DNA from: Pseudomonadota bacterium
GTDB lineage: Bacteria > Bdellovibrionota_B > Oligoflexia > Oligoflexales > CAIYRB01
NCBI GenBank assembly: GCA_031416315.1
Contig: JANOTL010000151.1
Coordinates: 1-15,063, forward strand
Reading direction: 5' to 3'
Length of the DNA: 15,063 bases
Part shown: one piece after another, positions 6,302 through 14,311 of the stretch
Layout of the letters: every line of letters starts with the position of its first letter
Position numbering within the stretch: position 1 is the stretch's first letter
Notes under the pieces: model-generated
What the model was told of the DNA's origin: nothing
Seen by the model: only the letters and a program-made list of their open reading frames with translations
Database searches by the model: none
Made by a program: the position numbers and the translations under genes

Positions 6302-7249
6302 TTGAAATTAGGTAGTTACACCGTTCAGGCAGCCGCAGCGCGGGCTGGCATCTCCACCCACACGCTGCGGGCTTGGGAGGCACGTTACCGGGCGGTCGAA
6401 CCGGAGCGAGCCCCGTCGGGGCACCGACGCTATGGCGAGCACGACGTCGAGCGCCTGCAAAAGATCGCGGCGCTCGTGCGTTGCGGCCATGCGGTCGGCG
6501 AGGTCGCCGGCCTCGCGGACATAGCGCTCGACCGGCTCTTCCAGACGGAGCCGCAGCGCGCCAGCCGCCGCCTGCCGCTCGACGCCTCGCCCGGCATCCG
6601 CGCCCGCGCCGACTCCCTGATGCAGGCGATCGAGACGTTCGACATCGCGCGCGTGACGATGCACGTGAAATGGCTCCGCGCCGCGCTCGGCGTCCGCGCC
6701 TTCGTGCTCGGCGTGGCCGTGCCTCTGTTCGCACGGCTCGGTGAGCTCGTCGCGGCCTCTTCGCTCGACGTCTGCCAGGAGCACGCGTTGTCCGCCGTGA
6801 TGCGCGACCAGCTGGGCGACATGTCGCATTCGTTGCAGGCGCTTTCCTGCGGCGAGGTGCCGGAAACGACGGTCGTCTTCGCGGCGCCGGAAGACGATCT
6901 GCACGAGTTCGGCATCCTCCTCGGCGCGGCGCTCGCGAGCGTCCACGGGCTCGGCGTTTACTACGCCGGGGCCAATTTGCCGGCCAAAAACCTAGCCGCC
7001 GCCGTGGCAGCGGTCCGCGCGCCTCTCGTCGTGCTCGGCAACGCGCCCGTGCCGGCGACCGAGCGGCGCATCGCCTTCGCGGACTACTTGGCGCAGCTCG
7101 ACGGGCTTTTGCCGCCAACGGTCGACCTCGTTGTCGGCGGGGCCGGCGACCGGCCGCGCACGAGCTTGGATAGCCACCGCACATTCGCGTACGTCAACGC
7201 GCTGGACGAGCTCGACCACCTGTTGGAGACGCGATCTAGAAAAGGTTGA
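6302..7249 (+). CDS. MerR-family regulator with cobalamin-binding domain (CarH/CarA/LitR-like)
   Basis: MerR HTH (TLRAWEARY...SGHRRY), helical bundle with EH motif (QEHALS), B12 motif DLHEFG, YYAGANLP; TTG start with GGGGAA SD. Confidence 0.92.
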   Translation: MKLGSYTVQAAAARAGISTHTLRAWEARYRAVEPERAPSGHRRYGEHDVERLQKIAALVRCGHAVGEVAGLADIALDRLFQTEPQRASRRLPLDASPGIRARADSLMQAIETFDIARVTMHVKWLRAALGVRAFVLGVAVPLFARLGELVAASSLDVCQEHALSAVMRDQLGDMSHSLQALSCGEVPETTVVFAAPEDDLHEFGILLGAALASVHGLGVYYAGANLPAKNLAAAVAAVRAPLVVLGNAPVPATERRIAFADYLAQLDGLLPPTVDLVVGGAGDRPRTSLDSHRTFAYVNALDELDHLLETRSRKG

Positions 7250-7793
7250 CCGCTGCCGTATCGGACTCGCTCGGCAACCCGGGGATCACCTTGCGGATCA
7301 GGTTGCGCTCTTCGACCATCGTCGCGCACTCGAGCAAAGTCGTGCCGAAGGCGACGAGGTCGAGACTTGCCGTCGCGGAGCCGGCGAGGCGCTCGCGCTC
7401 GATGGACCAGGCGGCGATCATCCGGACGATGTTGTCCATCATCTGCGTGACGCGGTCCTGGAATTGCAGGGTCTGCACGATCGGGTCGATGAAAGACTGG
7501 ACCTCGCTGTGGTCGGCGGCCAGCTTCTTCAGGCCGGCGATCAAGTTGGTCGCCGCCTTACCCTCGACGGCAAAGGCGGCCGCCATGCGGACCGCATCGA
7601 CGGCGTCCACGGCCTCCTTCGACATGCTGGAGACGCGCGCGGCTTCCTTGGTCAGGAAGTCGAGGATCGTGAGGATCTGCCGCGTCGCATTCTCCGAGGC
7701 CTCGGCGCACCAGCGCATGGACTCGGTGCTGAACTCCATCAGATCGTCGAGAAGCTGCTGGATCGCCATGCTCTTGCTCGCGCTGAGCGCCAT
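7236..7793 (-). CDS. Helical chemotaxis-related protein with CheZ-like QFQDxxxQ motif
   Basis: IVQTLQFQDRVTQMMDNI motif, helical composition, SD GGGGA; paralogous motif in the adjacent gene. Confidence 0.7.
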   Translation of the reverse strand: MALSASKSMAIQQLLDDLMEFSTESMRWCAEASENATRQILTILDFLTKEAARVSSMSKEAVDAVDAVRMAAAFAVEGKAATNLIAGLKKLAADHSEVQSFIDPIVQTLQFQDRVTQMMDNIVRMIAAWSIERERLAGSATASLDLVAFGTTLLECATMVEERNLIRKVIPGLPSESDTAAVNLF

Positions 7794-7812
7794 CGCGGGT
7801 CCCCGTCGTGAA

Positions 7813-8466
7813 TTAGAGGTCGAACAGGACCATGTCGGCGACGTCCGAGTCCGGCGGGGGCTCGCTCCTCATCAGGATGCGGTAGGCCGAGGCGCGCTCC
7901 GCGACGGAGGTCGTCATCTGCGCGATCTCGAGCGTCATGACCTCGAGGTCCATCGCCTCGGGGTTCTGGAGCTGATCGATGGTCAGGCTCCAGGCTTGCT
8001 CGATGTGATCGAGGCGCTGGCGCAAGGAGTCCTCGAACTGCATGTTGGAGAGAATCGGCACGAGCTTCTCGCGGATGCCGGCATCCATGCGAATGATGGC
8101 CTCGAGCTCTTTCTGCACGCCGGAGAAGCTGAGGCGAGCCCTGGCGGCGGCCTCCTCCTCCATGATGACGATGTTCGACTCCTCGACGCCGTCCTCGACC
8201 TGCGCGGCGACTTGGTCGAAGATGTCGTCGACGTTGCGATTGACCGAGAGCGTGCCGGCCTGGGCCTCGGCGCCGGTCGTGTAGAGCTGGTGGAAGTTGA
8301 CCAGCGCCTGACGCGCGGAGCTGGCGACGTAAGTCGAGGCGCGCTGCAGGATCATCTGCGAGGCCTGCCCGGCGACCGTGGTCACCTCGGCCTTCATGGC
8401 CGCGAGAACTTGCAGAAAGACGTCGTCGAGCTCCCGCACTTTCTGCGGCGGTTTCCCGTCGGCCAT
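7813..8466 (-). CDS. Helical chemotaxis-related protein with CheZ-like QFEDxxxQ motif
   Basis: ILSNMQFEDSLRQRLDHI motif; start set at ATG 8466 with SD GAGGTG 6 nt upstream; acidic C-tail ending VLFDL. Confidence 0.7.
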   Translation of the reverse strand: MADGKPPQKVRELDDVFLQVLAAMKAEVTTVAGQASQMILQRASTYVASSARQALVNFHQLYTTGAEAQAGTLSVNRNVDDIFDQVAAQVEDGVEESNIVIMEEEAAARARLSFSGVQKELEAIIRMDAGIREKLVPILSNMQFEDSLRQRLDHIEQAWSLTIDQLQNPEAMDLEVMTLEIAQMTTSVAERASAYRILMRSEPPPDSDVADMVLFDL

Positions 8467-8476
8467 GTCCAACACC

Positions 8477-8992
8477 TCAGGCGCGAGTGGCAGGCACGTT
8501 CACCGGATTGCGGCCGGAGGGGTTTCTGGCCTCTTCCGTGATCCGATCCTGCAGGGTCATCAGACCGGCGAGCACGGCTTCCGGGGTCGGCGGGCAGCCG
8601 GCGACGTAGATGTCGACCGGGATGATGCGGTCGACGCCTTGGAGAACATGGTAAGCGCGGTAAAAGCCGCCGCTCGAGGCGCAGGCGCCCATGGCCATCA
8701 CCCACTTGGGCTCGGCCATCTGCTCGTAGACCTTTTTGATCACGGGCGCCATCTTCTCGGTGATGGTGCCGGCGACGATCATCAGGTCGGCCTGACGGGG
8801 GGAGAAGCGCACGGCCTCGGCGCCGAAGCGCGCGATGTCGTACTTCGGGCCGACGACCGACATGTACTCGACGCCGCAGCAGGCGGTGCCGAAGGGGTAC
8901 GGCCAGAGCGAGTTCTTCCGGCCCCAGGCCACGAACTCGCGGAACTTGGTCAGGAAGAACGTATTCTCGAGGCCGTCCATCGGATTCTTCAT
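8477..8992 (-). CDS. nuoB: NADH-quinone oxidoreductase subunit B (no other nuo genes adjacent)
   Basis: [47 protein letters not shown]; all four N2-cluster cysteines present. Confidence 0.95.
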   Translation of the reverse strand: MKNPMDGLENTFFLTKFREFVAWGRKNSLWPYPFGTACCGVEYMSVVGPKYDIARFGAEAVRFSPRQADLMIVAGTITEKMAPVIKKVYEQMAEPKWVMAMGACASSGGFYRAYHVLQGVDRIIPVDIYVAGCPPTPEAVLAGLMTLQDRITEEARNPSGRNPVNVPATRA

Positions 8993-8996
8993 CGCT

Positions 8997-9491
8997 TCAC
9001 CGTCTTTGACTTGGGGCCCGACACTCTTTCATCGCGAAGGCCATCATCGGCAGGGCCGAAGAAAGGCTTTGTCCGTGCGACCGCTTGGCGACGAGGTCAG
9101 CCAGGATTATGCCAGAAAGACTGGCGCTGATCGCAGCGGAAATTTCGCTCCAGGCGTCCCGCGAGCTGCACTGGTGCTCGAGGACGCAGCCGGCGCCGCC
9201 CTCGAGGCACTGGACGGGCTGGAAGCTGTCCTCGACGGCCGTGAAGATCTCCAAGACCGAGACGCGGTCGGCGGGGGTGCTGAGGCGGTAGCCGCCCCCA
9301 CGGCCGCGGGTGGAAGCGATGAGGCCCGCCTCGCGCAGCCGCGAGAGGACGTGGTCCATGTAGTCGAGCGGGATGCCCTGGCGCTTCGAGATGTCGGTGC
9401 GTTGCGCGACCGCGCCGGTCCCGGTGGGATCGCGCTCGGCCAGATCCATGAGGATCTTCAACGCATAACGACTCTTCGAAGTGATGTTCAT
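8997..9491 (-). CDS. Rrf2 family (IscR-like) transcriptional regulator with three Fe-S cysteines
   Basis: SKSRYAL...[38 protein letters not shown]-x6-C-x5-C ([15 protein letters not shown]); ATGA overlap with the upstream gene. Confidence 0.95.
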   Translation of the reverse strand: MNITSKSRYALKILMDLAERDPTGTGAVAQRTDISKRQGIPLDYMDHVLSRLREAGLIASTRGRGGGYRLSTPADRVSVLEIFTAVEDSFQPVQCLEGGAGCVLEHQCSSRDAWSEISAAISASLSGIILADLVAKRSHGQSLSSALPMMAFAMKECRAPSQRR

Positions 9492-9910
9492 TCGTGCACC
9501 GGGATCACGTCCACGATTTGGTCCTGCCCGAACTTGTCCTGCAGCTGCCCCAGAACGCCGTTGAGGAGCGTGATCGTGGACGAGGGGCAGCCCTGACAGC
9601 CGCCGCCGAGGCGGATGTGGGTCTGGCCGGCCTCATAGGCCTCCAGCCGGGCGAAGCCGGAGTGCAGGGCGAGCATGTCGGAGACCTCGCCCTCGAGGAA
9701 GAGGGCGATGTCCTTGGCGAGACCCGTGAACCGGTCGCTCGTCTTCGGCTCGGCGAACGCGCCGTCGTCGTCCATGCCGAGGAGCTTCCTCATCTCGTCC
9801 TCGGCTTCGTCCTTGGTCAGGCCGTGCGAGACTTTGCCGGAGGGGACGTGCTGGGCCATGAAGCTGCCGTCGACCTTTTTGCTGATCACGACGGATTGCA
9901 GATCGCTCAT
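9488..9910 (-). CDS. NifU C-terminal (CxxC) domain protein with HicB-like N-terminal domain
   Basis: Start at ATG 9910 (ATGA overlap); C-terminal IRLGGGCQGCPSSTITL is a NifU domain; N-terminus VVISKKVDGSFMAQ..SHGLTKDEAEDEM resembles the HicB N-domain. Confidence 0.85.
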   Translation of the reverse strand: MSDLQSVVISKKVDGSFMAQHVPSGKVSHGLTKDEAEDEMRKLLGMDDDGAFAEPKTSDRFTGLAKDIALFLEGEVSDMLALHSGFARLEAYEAGQTHIRLGGGCQGCPSSTITLLNGVLGQLQDKFGQDQIVDVIPVHE

Positions 9911-10482
9911 AGCGCGACGACCTCGAGGTAGGGGTTGTATTCGGTGCGCAGAATGCCTTCGATGGCCTGGAGCGTCCCCATCATCGAAGAAGGGCAGCCG
10001 CCGCAGGCGCCTTGGTAACGGATGGTCAGGATGTTGCCCTCGAGCTCGAGGATCTCGACGTCGCCGCCGTCGGCCTGGAGCCCGGGCCGAATGGTGCGAT
10101 CCAGGATCTCCTCGATGGTGACGACGTCGGGGGGAAGGAGCGCGCGGTCTTGCGCCGTCTTCGCGGCGGACGCGCCCGCGAGCGCGTCTTCGAAGGCGGG
10201 ATCGTGGAGTGGCAGGAGGGTCTCGACGACGTTGGTCACCGCCGCTTCGAGGATGTCCCAGTCGGAGCCGCCGTTCTGCGTGATCGTCGCGACGTTCTCG
10301 AAGAGGTGCACCTGCGTGACGTTCGCCAGCCGCAGGAGCGCGGCGGCGAGCGGCACGTGCGCGCACTCGTGCTCGTCGGTGTAGGAGATCTTCCCCTCGC
10401 GCTTCAGGTCCATGCTGGTGATGAACTTGCGGGCGTTGGGGTTCGGCGTCTGCTGGATTTTGATTCTGATCAAGGAAGTCAT
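9907..10482 (-). CDS. Nfu1/NifU-like Fe-S carrier (Nfu_N + NifU domains)
   Basis: QTPNPNARKF N-domain; IRPGLQADGGDVE...YQGACGGCPSS; start at ATG 10482 overlapping the sufU stop. Confidence 0.95.
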   Translation of the reverse strand: MTSLIRIKIQQTPNPNARKFITSMDLKREGKISYTDEHECAHVPLAAALLRLANVTQVHLFENVATITQNGGSDWDILEAAVTNVVETLLPLHDPAFEDALAGASAAKTAQDRALLPPDVVTIEEILDRTIRPGLQADGGDVEILELEGNILTIRYQGACGGCPSSMMGTLQAIEGILRTEYNPYLEVVAL

Positions 10483-10937
10483 TCGGTGGACACCGTTTGG
10501 CTGCGGTCGAGCGCGCCGTTCATCGTATGCCAGGAAAGCGCCGCGCACTTCACGCGGGCAGGATACTGCCAGATGCCGGAGAAAATCTTGAGCTTGCCCA
10601 GCTGATGCGGCTCGGTGTCCGGATTCAGCTCGCCGAGCAGGAGCTTATGGAACTCGGTGAAGATCGTCTTCGCCTCGTCGACCGTCTTGCCAGTGAGCGT
10701 GACGGTCATCATCGAGGCGGACGCCTTGCTGATGGCGCAGCCGGAGCCCTCGAAGCCGACTTTCTCGATCTTCCCCGCGAAGTCGACGGTGAGATAGATC
10801 CAGAGGTGATCGCCGCACAATGGGTTGAAGCCTTCGGCCGTGTGCGTCGCGCCTTCGAGCTTGCCGAAGTTCTTGGGCTTCTTGTTGTGCTCCAGAATGA
10901 CCTGTTGGTAGAGGTCGGCCTGGACGTTGGTCGTCAT
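10479..10937 (-). CDS. sufU: SUF system SufU sulfur-transfer/scaffold protein
   Basis: LYQQVILEHNKKPKNFG, NPLCGD, GCAISKASAS, RVKCA; insertion before the third Cys and no LPPVK, so SufU rather than IscU. Confidence 0.95.
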   Translation of the reverse strand: MTTNVQADLYQQVILEHNKKPKNFGKLEGATHTAEGFNPLCGDHLWIYLTVDFAGKIEKVGFEGSGCAISKASASMMTVTLTGKTVDEAKTIFTEFHKLLLGELNPDTEPHQLGKLKIFSGIWQYPARVKCAALSWHTMNGALDRSQTVSTE

Positions 10938-12172
10938 GCGAAGATCTTCTGCGCCTTGCGGATCGCCTCGACGAGGGCGTCCACTTCGGCCTTGGTGTTG
11001 TACAGGGAGAAGGAAGCGCGCGCCGTCGCCGGCACGCCGAAACGGGCCATGAGCGGCTGGGTGCAGTGATGCCCCGCGCGAATGGCGACGCCCTCGGCAT
11101 CCAGGAGCGAGCCGATGTCGTGTGGATGCACGTCGTCGAGGAAGAAGCCGCAGATCGCGGTCTTTTTCTTGGCCGTGCCGATCAAGCGGAGGCCGGGGAT
11201 CTCGCGGAGGCGCTCGGTCGCATAGGCGAGGAGCTCCTGCTCCCAGGCGTTGATCGCCTCGAGGCCCACGGAGTTGACGTAGTCGATGGCCGCGCCGAGG
11301 CCGATGACGCCGCCGATGTTCGGGGTGCCCGCCTCGAATTTCACCGGCAGGCCGGCGTAAGTGGTCTTCTCGAACGTGACGGAGCGGATCATGTCGCCGC
11401 CGCCGAAGACGGGCGGCATCTTCTCGAGGAGCGCCCTTTTACCGTAGAGGACGCCGGTCCCCGTCGGGCCGAAGAGCTTGTGCGCCGAGAAGGCGAGGAA
11501 GTCGACGTCGAGCGCTTGCACGTCGAGCGGCACGTGCGCGACGGCCTGCGCGCAGTCCATGAACACTACGGCTTCCGGCGCGTGGGCGCGGACGAGGCGG
11601 ATCAGCTCGGCGGCGGGGTTCACCGTGCCGAGGGCGTTGGAGATGTAGACGAAGGAGACGATCTTCGTGCGCGGCGAGAGGAGCTTCTGGAATTCTTCGA
11701 GGATGATTTCGCCGCTGTCGTCGACAGGAGCGACCTTCAGCTTCGTGCCGCGCTCTTCCCCCAGCATCTGCCACGGCACGATGTTGGAGTGATGCTCCAT
11801 GTGCGTAATCAGGACTTCGTCGCCGTCCTTCAGGAAGGTGCCGTAGCTCTTCGCGACGAGGTTGACGCTCGCCGTGGTGCCGGAGGTCAGGACGATCTCG
11901 GCGTTTTCCTTGGCGTTGAGGAAGAGGCGGATCTTGGCGCGCGCCTCTTCGTACTGGCGCGTCGCGACTTCCGACAGAAAGTGCACGCCGCGGTGGACGT
12001 TGGCGGCGCCGAGGAGAAAGTGCTTCTCGACGGCCTCGACGACCGAGCGCGCCTTCAGCGTCGTGGCGGCGCTGTCGAGGTAGACCAGGGGTTTTCCGCG
12101 CGCCAAAGTGCCGAGCGCCGGGAAATCGGCGCGCACCTTGAAGACGTCCCACTTATTCGGGGCCCCGTTCAT
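10934..12172 (-). CDS. sufS: Cysteine desulfurase SufS
   Basis: LVYLDSAATT, EHHSNIVPWQ, FSAHKLFGPTG, FEAGTP, RAGHHC (class II); start at ATG 12172 overlapping the sufD stop. Confidence 0.97.
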   Translation of the reverse strand: MNGAPNKWDVFKVRADFPALGTLARGKPLVYLDSAATTLKARSVVEAVEKHFLLGAANVHRGVHFLSEVATRQYEEARAKIRLFLNAKENAEIVLTSGTTASVNLVAKSYGTFLKDGDEVLITHMEHHSNIVPWQMLGEERGTKLKVAPVDDSGEIILEEFQKLLSPRTKIVSFVYISNALGTVNPAAELIRLVRAHAPEAVVFMDCAQAVAHVPLDVQALDVDFLAFSAHKLFGPTGTGVLYGKRALLEKMPPVFGGGDMIRSVTFEKTTYAGLPVKFEAGTPNIGGVIGLGAAIDYVNSVGLEAINAWEQELLAYATERLREIPGLRLIGTAKKKTAICGFFLDDVHPHDIGSLLDAEGVAIRAGHHCTQPLMARFGVPATARASFSLYNTKAEVDALVEAIRKAQKIFA

Positions 12173-13572
12173 TTGGGCAAAAGTTTCCGAAAGCGTTCGC
12201 GATGAAAAGGCATGGGAAAGCGTAGCAGCACCTCGTCGGCAAAGCCCAGAGCCAGGATCCGCACCGCGACGTCGCGGGGGATGGCGCGGCTCTGGAGATA
12301 GAAGATCTGGTCCTGGTCGAGCGGGCCGACGGCGGCGCCGTGGGCGCACTTGACGTCGTCGGCGTCGATCTCGAGCTGGGGTTTCGTGTCGATCTCGCAC
12401 TCGGAGCTCAGCAACAAATTCTTGTTGAGCTGGTGCGCCGCGGTCTTCTGCGCGTCCTGGCGGACGAAGACCTTGCCGTTGAAGACGGCGCGGGACTGGT
12501 CCTCGAGAATGCCCTTGTAGAGCTGGCTCGAGACGGTGTGGGGGACGCGGTGGTCGACGGTCGTGTGGTTGTCGACGTGGCGCTTGCCGTTCACGAGGTA
12601 GAAGCCGTCGAGGACGACCTCGGCGCCTTCGCCGTTGAGCGCGACGTCGAGGTCGTTACGGGTGACCTTGCCGCCGTGCGTGAGCGCATAGGTGGTGAGC
12701 TTCGCGTCGCGGGAGAGCTGGGCGCGGGTCGAGGCGACGTGGAAACCGTGCTCCGAATCTTGCTGGATCTTCGCGTGGGTCAGGTGCGCGCCGGCGGCGA
12801 GGTCGAGCTCGGTGACGCCGCAAACCAGCGTGCGGGCGCCGGGCGCGGAGACGTGGGTCTCGAGAACCGTGGCCTCCGCGAGCTCGCCCAGGCGGACGAC
12901 GACGCGGGGGAAGCGGGCGACGCCGCCGGTTGCGGCGATGTGGACGATATGCAGCGGCTTCTCGAGCTTCACCTTGCGGTCGATCTCGATCAAGAGGCCG
13001 GCGTCGAGAAAGGCCATGTTCAGCGCTTCGAAGGCGCGAGACCCGGCGAGGGCGGCGGCGAAGCGCGGCTCCAAGACCTCGACGCGCGTGGCGACGGCGT
13101 CGGTCAGCGGGGTGACGCGGACGCCTTCGGGCAGCGCGCCGAGCTTGGACCAGGCGGTCGAGAGGAGGCCGTCGTCGAAGACGATCGTGTGCTCGTCGGC
13201 CTGGAGCAAGGACTCCAGGGTGGCGGCGGAGAACAGGGCCGCGGCGCGCGCGTCGCCGGCGGCGACTCCGGAGGCGGCGGCGGATTTGGCGGCGTCTAAG
13301 GTCGAGACGCCGAGGCCGGCGAGGACGGCGGCGCCGGAATGAGCGTGGGCCCAAGGCGCCTCGTCCAAGCCGCGGAGCGAGGTGTATTTCCACTCTTCCT
13401 CCGAGCGCGTCGGAATCCCGAGGGTGGAGAAGCGGGCAAACGCGTCGCGGCGCAAGCGCGCGAGCCATGCCGGCTCGGCGGCGCGCATCTTCGCGAAGGC
13501 GGCGAAGGTCGCGTCAAGGCCGGCGAGCTTCGGGCCGAGGGTCACCGCGGGATTAGTTAAGGAGCCAGTCAT
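12169..13572 (-). CDS. sufD: Fe-S cluster assembly protein SufD
   Basis: EEWKYT, FNGKVFV, NKNLLLS, DTKPQLEIDADDVKCAHGA, FYLQSRAI. Confidence 0.96.
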   Translation of the reverse strand: MTGSLTNPAVTLGPKLAGLDATFAAFAKMRAAEPAWLARLRRDAFARFSTLGIPTRSEEEWKYTSLRGLDEAPWAHAHSGAAVLAGLGVSTLDAAKSAAASGVAAGDARAAALFSAATLESLLQADEHTIVFDDGLLSTAWSKLGALPEGVRVTPLTDAVATRVEVLEPRFAAALAGSRAFEALNMAFLDAGLLIEIDRKVKLEKPLHIVHIAATGGVARFPRVVVRLGELAEATVLETHVSAPGARTLVCGVTELDLAAGAHLTHAKIQQDSEHGFHVASTRAQLSRDAKLTTYALTHGGKVTRNDLDVALNGEGAEVVLDGFYLVNGKRHVDNHTTVDHRVPHTVSSQLYKGILEDQSRAVFNGKVFVRQDAQKTAAHQLNKNLLLSSECEIDTKPQLEIDADDVKCAHGAAVGPLDQDQIFYLQSRAIPRDVAVRILALGFADEVLLRFPMPFHRERFRKLLPK

Positions 13573-14311
13573 AGCCCCTTTCCTCGATCTCGAGCGCCAG
13601 CGACTTGTCGCCGGTCTTGATGATCTTGCCGCCGTGCAGCACGTGCACGAAGTCGGGAACGATGTAGTTCAGGATGCGCTGGTAGTGGGTGATCAAGACG
13701 ACCGCGTTGTCCGCGGTGCGCAGCTTGTTCACGCCTTCGGAGACGACGCGGAGGGAGTCGACGTCGAGACCGGAGTCGGTCTCGTCGAGGATGGCCAAGC
13801 GCGGATTCAGGACGGCCATCTGGAGGATCTCGTTCCTTTTCTTCTCGCCGCCGGAGAAGTCGACGTTCACCTGCCGGTCGATGAACTTCTCGTCCATGCC
13901 GAGGAAACGCGCCTTGGCGCGGATCAAGTCGTCGAAGTCCAGGGCGTCCATCTCCTCCACGCCCTGGTGGCGACAGATGGCGTTGAAGGAGGCGCGCAGG
14001 AATTCGCTGTTGGCGACGCCCGGAATCTCCACCGGGTACTGGAAAGCGAGGAAGACGCCTTCGCGGGCGCGCTGGTCGGCGGAGAGCTCGAGGAGGGACT
14101 TCTGCTTGAAGTTGACCTCGAGCTGGACGGAGCCGCGAGTGACCTCGTAATCCGGATGGCCGGCGATCACCTTCGAGAGGGTGCTCTTGCCGGAGCCGTT
14201 CGGGCCCATGATGGCGTGGACCTCGTTCTCTTTGACCTCGAGGGTGAGGCCCTTGAGAATCTCGGCGCCGGAGGCGCCGACCTTGGCGTGCAGGTCTTTG
14301 ATCGTGAGCAT
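13553..14311 (-). CDS. sufC: Fe-S cluster assembly ATPase SufC
   Basis: Walker A GPNGSGKST, FLAFQYPVEIPGV, FSGGEKKRNEILQ, LDETDSGLD, ITHYQRIL. Confidence 0.98.
   Translation of the reverse strand: MLTIKDLHAKVGASGAEILKGLTLEVKENEVHAIMGPNGSGKSTLSKVIAGHPDYEVTRGSVQLEVNFKQKSLLELSADQRAREGVFLAFQYPVEIPGVANSEFLRASFNAICRHQGVEEMDALDFDDLIRAKARFLGMDEKFIDRQVNVDFSGGEKKRNEILQMAVLNPRLAILDETDSGLDVDSLRVVSEGVNKLRTADNAVVLITHYQRILNYIVPDFVHVLHGGKIIKTGDKSLALEIEERGYDWLLN

Noticed and set aside
9911..10366. N-terminal extension of the 9488-10366 ORF, or a frameshift fusion of the two Nfu genes
   Set aside because: The extension is an off-frame read of the upstream nfu gene; a clean ATGA overlap at 9907-9910 explains the junction.
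12173..12400. Extended SufS N-terminus
   Set aside because: Overlaps the sufD 3' end out of frame; the ATGA overlap at 12169-12172 marks the likely start.
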